A stretch of DNA of 64,000 bases from Squalus acanthias (taxonomy: Eukaryota): positions 123,630,001-123,694,000 of the forward strand of contig CM059432.1 in NCBI GenBank assembly GCA_030390025.1. Reading direction: 5' to 3'. The notes beneath the pieces were generated by a model. The model was not told the DNA's origin and did no database searches. It saw only the letters and a program-made list of their open reading frames with translations. A program made the translations under genes and the position numbers. Within the stretch, counting starts at the first letter, position 1. Every line of letters starts with the position of its first letter. Shown here one piece after another: positions 37,008 through 48,600 of the stretch.

Positions 37008-37410
37008 CAGCCATGGCTCCGTGGTGGCACTCTCGCCTCTGAGTCAGAAGGTTGTGGGTTCAAGCCCCACTCCAGAGACTTAAAGTATGAAATCTAGGCA
37101 GACACTCCAATGCAGCACTATCGGAAGTGCCGTCTTATGTTAAACCTCTCAGGTGGACGTAAAAGATCCCAGCAGTGGAGTTCTCCCCAGTGTTCTAGCT
37201 GATATTTATCGCTCAACCAACCTCGCTAAAAAACAGATTATCTGGTCATTATCACATTGCTGTTTGTGGGACCTTGCTGTGCAAAAAATTGGCTGGCGTG
37301 TTTCCTACATTATAACGTTGGCTATACTTCAAAAGTATTTCATTGGCTGTAAAGCGTTTTGGGACATTCTGAGGTCGTGAAAGACGCAATAGAAATCCGA
37401 GTCTTTCTTT
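37008..37410 (+). mobile_element. Deu-domain SINE with internal deletions
   Basis: Colinear with 9576-10034. Confidence 0.85.
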
Positions 37411-38591
37411 TATTTTTATGACTTCGATTACAAATATATACCGATGATGACTTTGCTTTGGCTGTTGTATGACCTATTTTATGTGATGCCCCTGGTGTAA
37501 TTGCACTGCATGTCTTATTATTTTATGATAAAGTCGAAGTACAATGTATTTCAAGCCGGATAGATTAATCATATTTTACAGCACAGTAACACTAGTGCGT
37601 TAAGAAGTCTGTATTCAATGTTTAATCAACTGTCTTGTGCATTAGAATTTTATATGGTCATTTTCCTGTTGGATAAATCATAAATTTACTTATCTGACCT
37701 TCGTCCTGTGGGCATTAAGGTTATCGCCATTTAAAATAATGTAGGGTGATATAGCAGGGTTGAGCATTGGAGCTCCAGCGCATTGTACCAGGAGGTGGTA
37801 GGGTAAATGGCCACGCCCGCTATGTACCGCACACTTAGTTCACAGACTTCACTATTCCACTATTCCATCACCATGAAGCCAACTGGTTCCACACAGAAAG
37901 AAAGGGGAAATTAGAAGGGCTGGTGGGCTTCTCTTGTGGAGCTCCCAACCATTGTTTCCCCTCTTGGCTGGGGTTAGTGTGGGGAATCCCAGGATACGGG
38001 AAGGCAAAGGTGGAGAAAATATAATCAAATGTCAGAGTTCCAGAACCTAGCTCTGTGGATGTCATGTGAATACAGGATTAGATTAAGCTGTGATAGCTCC
38101 CTCAGTCCAATACCCCATCAACACTCTCTGTCCAGGCTCACCCTGAGTATGGGACCAGAGTGAAACCACAGTCATCACGAGTCACCACTTTCAGAAGAGA
38201 GGAGTAAGGGGAGGAAAAACCAGAGGGTAAATTTAAGAATAAATACTTTCGTCCCTTGATAATGACTGCAGTCAAAATTAAGCTATTTCTCCCTGGCTTT
38301 AGCGAGTTGAGGCCAAATAATGGACTGAGAAATAGGTATGGATCGACATAATTATCCATCGCCTCCGTATTTTGTGGTTTTAAACTACATTCAAATGCTC
38401 ACTTTAGCTGTTTTGATTAATAAGGAGTAATTTTCATTGTTTATTATTTTTAAAAATTCCCAATGAAATGAAGGGTTCAGCACCCCTAAGAGATCAGTCG
38501 GTACATGCACTGTGTGGTCTACTGCTGAGCCAGGGCAGCTCACAGAGGCTTCAGCATCTTTTGGTTATGAAGGAGAGGAAATAAAAATCAG

Positions 38592-39531
38592 AAAATACTG
38601 GAAATACTCAGCAGGTCAGACAGCATCTGTGGAGAGAGAAACAGAGTTGTTTCAGGTCGATGAACTTTTGTCAGAACAGATGAAATCGATCTAAAATGTT
38701 AAGGGGGAAAAATTCGGTTGCTTTGCGCCTCCCATTAGGGGCGCAAAGCAACTAGCGCCCGGGCGCGGCGCCGACTACACCTCCCGCGAAATTCAGCGGG
38801 AGGTTAGTGATGGCGGTAACCATTAGCGCCCTGTGGTGCTGCGCCACCAGCGATGAGGTCATCACCGTGCGCAGCGCCCCGCTCGCGCCCCGGCCGCGTT
38901 CTTCGATAGCGCCTCCTGACTTACCCCCTGGTCGCTATGTCCGATGGGGTCAGGGGAGCCTACCTGCAGCCGGGGCGGCGCTATTTAAAGGCAAGGTGCC
39001 GGGCAGCCATTTTTGTTGCTGGCCGCCTGCCAGCACCTGCCTCCGCTGCTGTTCCTGGCCCCCTGAGCACCCCTCCCCCCCACCGCGGAGTGCCGGCTGC
39101 GCTTCATGAGCCCGGCACTTCTCTTGAGTGCCGGGCTCTTTTGCCAGCATTCCAATCCCAGTGGCCCAGCTGGGCTCTGGGTCGTGCTGCGCAAGGCCCC
39201 TCCCCTTTAAGAAGGGGAGGAAGGCCTGCAATACCACGGCACATAGCGCCGCAATATTCCCTCGCAGCGCCCCAAGAGGGAGGCGGGACGCTTCCAGTAA
39301 CGCCCCGCTTTCTTCTTGGGGCGCTACCACTCAATTTCGGCTGCGGGGGCGCTAATTTTTCGGGGCGCTAAAAGTAGCGCCCTGGCGAAGTTAGCGCCCC
39401 AAAGGGGGCGCGACTCAATTTTTCCCCCTAACTCTGTTTCTCTCTCAACAGATGCTATCTGACCTGCTGAGTATTTCCAGCATTTTCTGGGTTTTTTTTC
39501 AGATTTCCGGCATCTGCAGTATTTTGTTTTT
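38592..39531. mobile_element. Penelope-derived palindromic element with decayed hammerheads, split by a MITE
   Basis: Inverted pLTR arms at 38592-38700 and 39429-39490 plus tail; 14-bp TSD GAAATAAAAATCAG; lies within a SINE-like repeat (38485-39760). Confidence 0.85.
38703..39428. mobile_element. Young GC-rich Harbinger MITE
   Basis: 12-bp TIR GGGGGAAAAATT / AATTTTTCCCCC, TSD TAA, many TAGCGCCC subterminal motifs. Confidence 0.92.
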
Positions 39532-41498
39532 GAAATAAAAATCAGCCCTGCTGCTGCTCCTAGGAGATATCTCGTGACCCTGATAGAAGTGCACTTTCGT
39601 GGACACTGGGGAAGGCTGGATCAGGCTTAACTGTGATGGTTGAATACTCCACTGACACTCATTATCTAGGTTCACACATGAAGGATGGCTTTTGAGTGAG
39701 GTATTGAAGGGTCATTACTGCCTGTGGAACCATAAACTGGGATGAACTACTTCAAGGAACGAGGGCTAAACCTGCATTCGAAGACAGGCTCCTGTTACAG
39801 CATCACACCACACAGAGAATGGAAGCGTGGATTCAAATCTAATATGAATGATTGCCAGAAAAGAGGAAGGAAATTATCAAGATGCCTGTGTATTTTGCCC
39901 TTTGTGTAAGGTTACATTTTTTTTCCCTAAACTGTCATTATAAACCTAACCAGTTTTTTCTGTTACTTTACACACATGCAAATATGTCCCCAGTTGAGAG
40001 AAAAAGAGAGACCAATATAAAGAAATGGAGAGAAAAAAATACGGATCAAACAGAGGAAGCTTTTCTTTTCTAATGTCCCACACACTTTCGATCTAATGCA
40101 CCAAAACCGATCTGTATCAAAGTGGTAAGTGCTCTTCTCCTATCCTGCAGTGACATTGTTTGTACTTGCATTAGGCCTGGACATTACTTCAACAAGAAAA
40201 GGAAACAGACCTACTGTTTACAGTCTATGTGATAGCATTTCCTAATTTGTATAAATAAGTCTGGAAAGACAATGCAGCTTTTGCCACAAGTGTCCAATAT
40301 CTGAATGAATTAACTATTTAATACAGGAGGTGATGAGAAGATTGAACTGATATCCTTTCACAATGTCAGTCAGGGTGCAGATGGTGTGCAGCATCAGTGC
40401 CAGATTTGCACAGAGTATATAAATCATCCCCAAATATAATTGACATCTCATTTGAAAAACGGTTAAGAATTGCATCTATTTTCCAACCAGGATGGCACAA
40501 TTCAGGCATGGGCTGGTTGAGGCTTTAATATTAGTCTCCACGTTAGTATAACATTTATACATGCGAATCAATATTCAATTACGTTCTGTTTTGATTACCT
40601 GACGTTGCCAGCATAGTCAGCAAAGTATAACCACATCTCTGGCGCTCAGCCTCACTAACTGTGGCTGCCAATTCACTTCAGATGTTCAGTTCTCTTACTC
40701 CCTGACACCCCATTCTCTAGCTGAAAAATACTACTCGCCGACTAGCTAGAGGCAAGCTTTTCTCCATTGTAGCTGTGGCTGAAAAACAATGTGACTCGCC
40801 AACTTGACAAGCAGCAGCAGTATGTTTATTCCACCCTTCCCACTCTCCCGTGGATCATTTCTCCCTTTTTGTATTTGACTCATCTGTAACAAAGACTTAT
40901 TTTATTCCATTTTTTTTTAAAGAGAGATTCACATTATTCGAAACCCTTTTAAAATCAAATAAGTACTAAGAATTATGATTAGCATCTCCTCCCCATTTCG
41001 GTTGGTTTCTTGCATCTCTTTGTTCAAGAATATTGATGACGTCATTGATGCGCTGCATTGGACAGTGTATAAGGGCTGAATTAATGTGGACTACTGCTGT
41101 TCAATCACCCCTTGCTCTGTGACTGTATCTCTACTAATGATAACACAGCTTCCTAACTGGGCCAGCACCTAGGGCCTAATGATTTCATAAGCAATTACTG
41201 TTTAAACAAAACAAAATTCTTTAAAATCAGCACAAATGGAAAAAAAGAAAATGATGTTCATGTTGAAATGTTAAGATTTTTTAAAAAGGGATCCTGATGG
41301 TGGGGACCTCACCATAGGATTTGTTTCCTCAGGTTAAAATGTATGTAGATCAGTTCAAATAAAGGCTTATTCATCAAGCAGAGAATAGCTTTCCCCCGCC
41401 TTATATTGTACTTACAGTGAAAAAGTCACTGAGCATTAATAAAAAGCTGCTTTCTAACTTTGGCCACCTGAATCCTAACATGTCCACAATAATACCAA

Positions 41499-42211
41499 GG
41501 GGTAAAAATTCGGTAGCGCCCCCAAAAAGTTAGCGCCCCCGCGGCCGATTTTCCCAGGTAGCGCCCCGAGAGGGAGGAGGGCGCTACTGGAAGTGCCCCG
41601 TGTCCCTCTTGGGTCGCTGCGAGCCAAAACTGCGGCGCTATGTGCCGTAGCGCCAAGCGATGCGGCACGTCGCGCCGTAGTACTGCAGGCCTTCCTCCCC
41701 TTCTTAAAGGGGAGAGGCCTGGCGCAGTGCGTCCCGGCGCCCAGCTGGGCCACCAGGGATCGGGAGTGCCGGCGAACGAGCCCGGCACTCAAGAGGAGTG
41801 CCGGGCTCATGGAGAGCAGCTGGCAACCCTCAGGGGGGGCTTCACGGGGGCCGGGGACAGCAATGGGGGCAGGTGCTGGCAGGCTGCCAGCAACAAAAAA
41901 TGGCTGCCCACCACCTCCCCTTTAACTAGCGCCGCCCCAGCCGCAGGTAGGCCCCCTTGACCCTGGCGGTAAGTCGGGGGGCGCCACCCAATATTACAGC
42001 CGGGGCGCGAGTGGGGCGCTGCGCACGGCGATGACGTCATCACCGGCGGTGCAGCGCCACACGGTGCTAACGGTTAGCGCCGCCTCTAACCTCCCGTTGA
42101 ATTTCACGGGAGGTGTTAACGGCGCCGGGTCCAGGCGCTAGTTGATTTGCGTCCCATTAGTGCCCTCTTAGGGCGCTAACAGGTGCCGCAAATCAACCGA
42201 ATTGAGCCACC
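41499..42211. mobile_element. Second copy of the 38703 MITE family, opposite orientation
   Basis: Reverse complement aligns throughout (same translated ARPLPFKKGRKAC block); flanks CAA/CAA; right TIR degenerate. Confidence 0.85.
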
Positions 42212-42227
42212 CAAGTATATAACTAAT

Positions 42228-43169
42228 GGGAAAGCAAAATACTGTGGATGCTGGAAATCCACATTCAACGGATCATCCTCCTCCATTTCCGCCACCTCCA
42301 GCATGATGCCACCACCAAACACATCTTCCCCACCCCTCCCCTTTCAGTATTCCGAAGGAATTGTTCCCTCGGGACGCCCTGGTCCACTCATCAATCACCC
42401 CCAACACCCCCTCCCCTTCCCACAGCACCTTCCCGTGCAAACGCAGGAGATGCAACACCTGCCCTTTAACTCCTCCGTTCCCACTGTCCAGGGCCCCAAA
42501 CACTCCTTCCAGGTAAAAACAGCAATTTACTTGTACTTCTTGCAATTTAGTATACTGTATTCGCTGCTCACGATGTGGTCTCCTCTACATTGGGGAGACC
42601 AAATGCAGATTGGGTGATCGCTTTGCGGAACACCTCCGTTCAGTCCGTAAGGGTGACCCCGAACTTCTGGTCGCCTGTCACTTTAATTCTCCGCCCCACT
42701 CCCACTCTGATCTCTCTGTCGCGGCCTCTTATACTGTTCTAATGAAGCTCAACGTAAGCTCGAGGAACTGCTCCTCATCTTTCGATTAACAGCCTTCCGG
42801 ACTCAACATTGAGTTCAACAATTTCAGCTCATAATCGTTGCTCCCGTTTTTTTCGGACAGCAGCTGTTGCTGATGATTGTGCTATTCCCATTTACACCTC
42901 CTCTGGACCCATATTTTGTTTCTTTACTTAACCCAGTACCATCTCCTTTTGCTTGCACCATCATCCTCCTTCCACCCTATCACAGACCTTCCCCTTTGTT
43001 CATTCACCCCTCCCCCCTTTCCCTGCCCCTGCACCTGCTTAACAACCTGTTACATCTCTAACTTTTTCCAGTTCTGATGAAAGGTCATCGACCTGAAACT
43101 TTAACTTTCTTTTTCTCTCCACAGATGCTGCCTGGCCTGCTGAGTATTTCCAGCATTTTCTGTGTTTAT
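42228..43169 (+). mobile_element. 5'-truncated Penelope (GIY-YIG region and 3' end) with an inverted tail at its 5' end
   Basis: Homologous to the reverse complement of 10869-11832; 10-bp TSD TATAACTAAT. Confidence 0.92.
43070..43106 (+). ncRNA. Minimal hammerhead ribozyme motif
   Basis: AGUU-CUGAUGA-A-AGGUC-AUC-GACCU-GAAA-CU-UU-AACU (stem III palindrome broken). Confidence 0.68.
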
Positions 43170-43529
43170 TATAACTAATAGGGTATGGCACATTTATCTT
43201 GCAAAACCTCCTTCAGTGGGAACATTTCCCCAATGTGGTGACACTGCCCATGCTTTGTATTCACTCCATTTAATCTATGGGGCAGATTGCACGTGCATAG
43301 TTATTCAAAAGTCGCAATTACAACTCTGAATGTCTGGCTCTGGTCCTTCCCTAACGTTGGAGGAAGTTTTATACAGGCAGGCAATTAAAAATCTGTATTG
43401 CTGACCTGCATGGGTGGCCTGTACTCGCAATGCCTCTGGAGGGCACCAACATCACCTCCTTTACATTACAAGTCCCAGGGCAGGTCTGCAGCATAAACAC
43501 CACATTAGCTTTTGTATTATATATTGTTT

Positions 43530-44630
43530 TTCACATTTTTAGGTTGTCCCAAAGCACTTCAGAATTATTTTTTTGAAGTGCAATTCTTGTTTTTTGGTAG
43601 GCAAATTAATTTGTTTGTTTTGGTAATGTTGCAGGATTGGCCAAGACACTGGGAGAACTCACTGCTCTTCTTCAAAAAGTGCCATGACATCTTTTACATC
43701 CATGGATACAGTAAGCAAGTGGTTATAATACTGGACCAGAGAATCCCACCATGGCAAGTTGTGAAGTTGAAACTAATAAGTCTGGTAATTTATGAGCTAG
43801 CACCAGGAACAAGACCAGGGCAGAGGCTGGTACTCTGTAATGAGTGGCTCACCTGCTGACTCCTCAAATTCTCTCCACCATCCACGAGACTGCCTGGATG
43901 GTTGCAGCTGCAAGAAGCTTGGCACCATCCAGGACAAAGCAGTCTGTTTGATTGTTACCCCAGCCACTGAACTCCATATCCATCCCTCCACCTGCATGTA
44001 CTATCTACGGATGCACTGCAGCAACTCACCAAGAGCATGATCTCTACCACCAAGGATGAGAGTTGCAATCTCACAGGAAAACCATTACCGACAGCTAAGT
44101 TCTCCTTTAAGTCAGCCACCATTTTGACATATACTGCACATACTTCACTGAGTCAAAATCCTGCACCATCATGGAAACACCATCACCAGAAGGACTGCTG
44201 CAGTTCAAGGGATCAAGGGATATGGGGAGAAAGCAGGGACAGGGTACTGAATTTGGATGATCAGCCATGATCTCATTAAATGGCGGAACAGGCTTGAGGG
44301 GCCGAATGGCCTACTCCTGCTCCTATCTTCTATGTTTCTATGTTTCGAAGGAAAGGACCACTGCCACCTTCTCAGAGGAACTAGGGATGGTCAATAAATG
44401 AGGCTTTGCCAGCATCACCCACAACTCAAGAACAATTTTTAAAAATTGTAATAAGCAGACGGGGCCTTATTGTAACATCTCATCCAAAAGACAGCATCTC
44501 CAACAGTGCAAGACACCCTCACTATTGCACTGATGTGTCAGCACAGACTATGCACTCAAGTCCATGGAGTGGGACTTGAACCCACAACTTTGTGACTCAG
44601 AGTTGAGTGCTACCAACTGAGCCTAGCTGA
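43530..44630 (-). mobile_element. Decayed Deu-SINE split by a plus-strand SINE/LINE fragment (about 43715-44445), itself containing a CR1 3' end (44208-44345)
   Basis: Deu-SINE halves match the reverse complement of 9576-10034; the inserts match 30470-30790 and 26690-26817. Confidence 0.7.
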
Positions 44631-44639
44631 CAAGCTGAG

Positions 44640-45330
44640 TTGGACAAAATATGTCAATGGTTAGAACAACGGTAGATGAAAGATAATACGGGCACATGTA
44701 AAGGGCCACACATAGGAGGAAAAACATCGTTCCACAGTCAGTCGATGAGTGGTGTTAAAACAGTGAGGATGTAGCTGAAAAAGATATGCAGCTTTTAGTA
44801 GACTTGATGCTAAACTTGCCCAGGCATTGCTGAACAGCAATCAACAAAGCAAATAAAATAATGAACTGCATAGTCAAAACAGTAGAGTACAAGTCAGAGA
44901 AAGTCAAGCTGAAACTGTATCAAGGGATTTGGAACAGAGGCGGGTAAATGGAGTTGAGCTATAGATCAGCCATGATCTGATTGACTGGCGGAACAGGCTG
45001 TAGGTGCTGGATGGCTTACTTGTGTTCCTATGTCTAGCTCTGGTCACCAAGGCACAAAGGAAGCATTCAAGCCCTGGACACAGGACAGGACCACATTGCT
45101 AATCCCCAGCATCAGAGGACTGAGGTACGAGGAAACATTGTGAAACTTGAGCTCTTCCAGCTTGAAAGAAGGCAATTGAGAGCTGATCTCACAGAGCTAT
45201 AAGATAATAAACAATGTGGAACAGGTAGATCGAGAAAATAAATTCAAATTAAAGCATGAGAATGAGACTTCTAAAAGGCAAACTTAGGCCAGTTGTCAGC
45301 AAGTTCTTTTTCACACAAAAGCTCTGAAAT
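44640..45330 (+). mobile_element. Old CR1-like ORF2 3' fragment with a nested CR1 3' UTR (about 44920-45030)
   Basis: Decayed CR1-like codons (gagctcttccagcttgaaagaaggcaattgagagctgatctc..; ttcttttcacaca); the insert resembles 26690-26817. Confidence 0.5.
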
Positions 45331-45639
45331 TCTGAGACTCCACTCCCAGCATGGAGTCTTGCTCAAGGTTGTGTCACTTGCTCAGCATGCCTCATTCATG
45401 GCGCTTCCCATTATCGGGCCAAGCATGTCCATGTCCAATTCTCTGTTCTGCAATCCCATCAAACAAAACTCCATGTCAATTAACTCAGCACAGACTGGAG
45501 GTGAGGAGTGCTCCTCCCAACCCCATGTTAAAAGAACAGAGGCCATTCCCCAACTCCCAGCTACTGATCGCCTGCACCCTCCAGCCAGCAATTGCCCCTA
45601 GCCACCACTCCTCCCCGCCAGCTTCTGCTACCTCCCAGT

Positions 45640-48600
45640 CCCATCGCCCACCCTACCCGACCCCATCGCCCACCCTACCCGGCCCCATCGCCCACCCTAC
45701 CCGGCCCCATCGTCCACCCTACCCGGCCCCATCGCCCACCCTACCCGGCCCCATCGCCCACCCTACCCGGACCCACCACCCACCCTACCCGGCCCCATCA
45801 CTCACCCTACCCGGCCCCATCACCCAACCTACCCGGCCCCATCACCCAACCTACCCGGCCCCATCACTCACCCTACCCGGCCCCATCACTCACCCTACCC
45901 GGCCCCATCACCCAACCTACCCGGCCCCATCACCCAACCTACCCGGCCCCATCACCCACCCTACCCGGCCCCATCACCCAACCTACCCGGCCCCATCACC
46001 CACCCTACCCGGCCCCATCACCCAACCTACCCGGCCCCATCACCCAACCTACCCGGCCCCATCACCCACCCTACCCGGCCCCATCACTCACCCTACCCGG
46101 CCCCATCGCCCACCCTACCCGGCCCCATCACTCACCCTACCCGGCCCCATCGCCCACCCTACCCGGCCCCATCACCCAACCTACCCGGCCCCATCACCCA
46201 ACCTACCCGGCCCCATCACTCACCCTACCCGGCCCCATCGCCCACCCTACCCGGCCCCATCACTCACCCTACCCGGCCCCATCGCCCACCCTACCCGGCC
46301 CCATCACTCACCCTACCCGGCCCCATCACTCACCCTACCCGGCCCCATCGCCCACCCTACCCGGCCCCATCGCTCACCCTACGCGGCCCCATCGCCCACC
46401 CTACCCGGCCCCATCGCCCACCCTGCCCGGCCCCATCGCCCACCCTACCCGGCCCCATCACCCAACCTACCCGGCCCCATCGCCCACTCTACCCGGCCCC
46501 ATCGCCCACCCTACCCGGCCCAACGCCCACCCTTCCCATACCCATCGCCGACCCTACCCGGCCCAACGCCCACCCTTCCCGGCCCCATCGCACACCCTAC
46601 CCGGCCCCAATTGCCCACCTTCCCATCCCCATCGCCCACCCTTCCCGGCCCCATCGCCCACCCTTCCCATCCCCATTGCCCACCCTACCCATCCCCATCA
46701 CCCACGCTTCCCGGCCCCATCGCCCACCCTACACGGCCCGATCGCTCACCCTACCCGGCCCCATCACCCACCTACCTGGCCCCATCACCCACCCTTCCCT
46801 GTCCCATCGCCCACACTACCCTGTCCCATCGCCCACCCTTCCCGGCCCCATCATCCACCCTACCGGACCCCATCACCCACCCTTCCCGGCCCCATCGCCC
46901 ACCCTACCCGACCCCATCACCCACCCTTCCCGGCCCGATTGCTCACCCTACCCGGCCCCATCACCCACCCTTCCCTGTCCCATCGCCCACCCTACCCTGT
47001 CCCATCGCTCACCCTACCCGGCCCCATCACCCACCCTTCCCGGTCCCATCACCCACCCTACCTGTCCCATCGCCCACCCTACCCTGTCACATCGCTCACC
47101 CTACCCGGCCCCATCACCCACCATTCCCGGACCCATCACCCACCCTTCCCGACCCCATCACCCACCCTACTCGACTCCATCGCCCACCCTACCCGGTCCC
47201 ATCGCCCACCCTTCCCATCCCCATCGCCCACCCTTCCCTGTCCCATCGCTCACCCTACCCATCCCCATCGCCCACCCTTCCCTGTCCCATCGCCCACCCT
47301 TCCCGGCCCCATCGCCCACCCTACCCGACCCCATCGCCCACCCTTCTTGGACCCATCGCCCACCCTACCCGACACCATCGCCCACCCTACCCGACCCCAT
47401 CGCCCACCCTAACCGGCCCCATCGCCCACCCTTCCCAGCCCCATCGCCCACCCTACCCGACACCATCGCCCACCCTACCCATCCCCATCGCCCACCCTAC
47501 CCGGCCCCATCACCCACTGTTCCCTGTCCCATCGCCCACCCTTCCCGGCTCCATCGCCCACCCTACCCGGCCCCATCACCCACCCTTCCCGGCCCCATCG
47601 CCCACCCTACCCGGCCCCATCGCCCACCCTTCCCTGTCCCATCGCCCACCCTTCCCTGTCCCATCGCTCACCCTACCCATCCCCATCGCCCACGCTTCCC
47701 TGTCCCATCGCCCACCCTTCCCGGCCCCATCGCCCACCCTACCCGGCCCCATCGCCCACTGTTCCCTGTCCCATCGCACACCCTTCCCGGCTCCATCGCC
47801 CACATTACCCGGCCCCATCGCCCACCTTACCCGGCCCCATCGCCCACCCTTCCCAGCCCCATCGCCCACTGTTCCCTGTCCCATCGCCCACCCTTCCCGG
47901 CTCCATCGCACACCCTACCCGGCCCCTTCTCCCACCCTTCCCGGCCCCATCGCCCACCCTTCCCGGCCCGATCGCTCACCCTACCCGGCCCCATCACCCA
48001 CCCTTCCCTGTCCCATCGCCCACCCTACCCTGTCCCATGGCTCACCCTACCCGGCTCCATCACCCACCCTTCCCGGCCCCATCACCCACCCTTCCCTGTC
48101 CCATCGCCCACCCTACCCTGTCCCATTGCTCACCCTACCCGGCCCCATCACCCACCATTCCCGGACCCATCACCCACCCTTCCCGACCCCATCACCCACC
48201 CTACTCGACTCCATCGCCCACCCTACCCGGTCCCATCGCCCACCCTTCCCATCCCCATCGCCCACACTACCCGGCCCCATCGCCCACACTACCCGGCCCC
48301 ATCGCCCACCCTTCCCTGTCCCATCGCCCACCCTTCCCTGTCCCATCGCTCACCCTACCCATCCCCATCGCCCACCCTTCCCTGTCCCATCACCCACCCT
48401 TCCCGGCCCGATCGCTCACCCTACCCGACCCCATCACCCACCCTACCCGGCCCGATTGCTCACCCTACCCTGTCCCATCACCCACCCTTCCCTGTCCCAT
48501 CACCCACCCTACCCTGTCCCATCGCTCACCCTAATCAGCCCCATCGCCCACCCTTCCCGGCCCCATCTCCCACCCTTCCCGGCCCCATCGCCCACCCTAC

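Noticed and set aside
41036..41045. CRE palindrome ATGACGTCAT
   Set aside because: A single short motif with no promoter context; the same motif occurs inside MITEs.
38807..42043. Clusters of overlapping GC-rich ORFs
   Set aside because: They lie within non-coding MITEs, where high GC suppresses stop codons.
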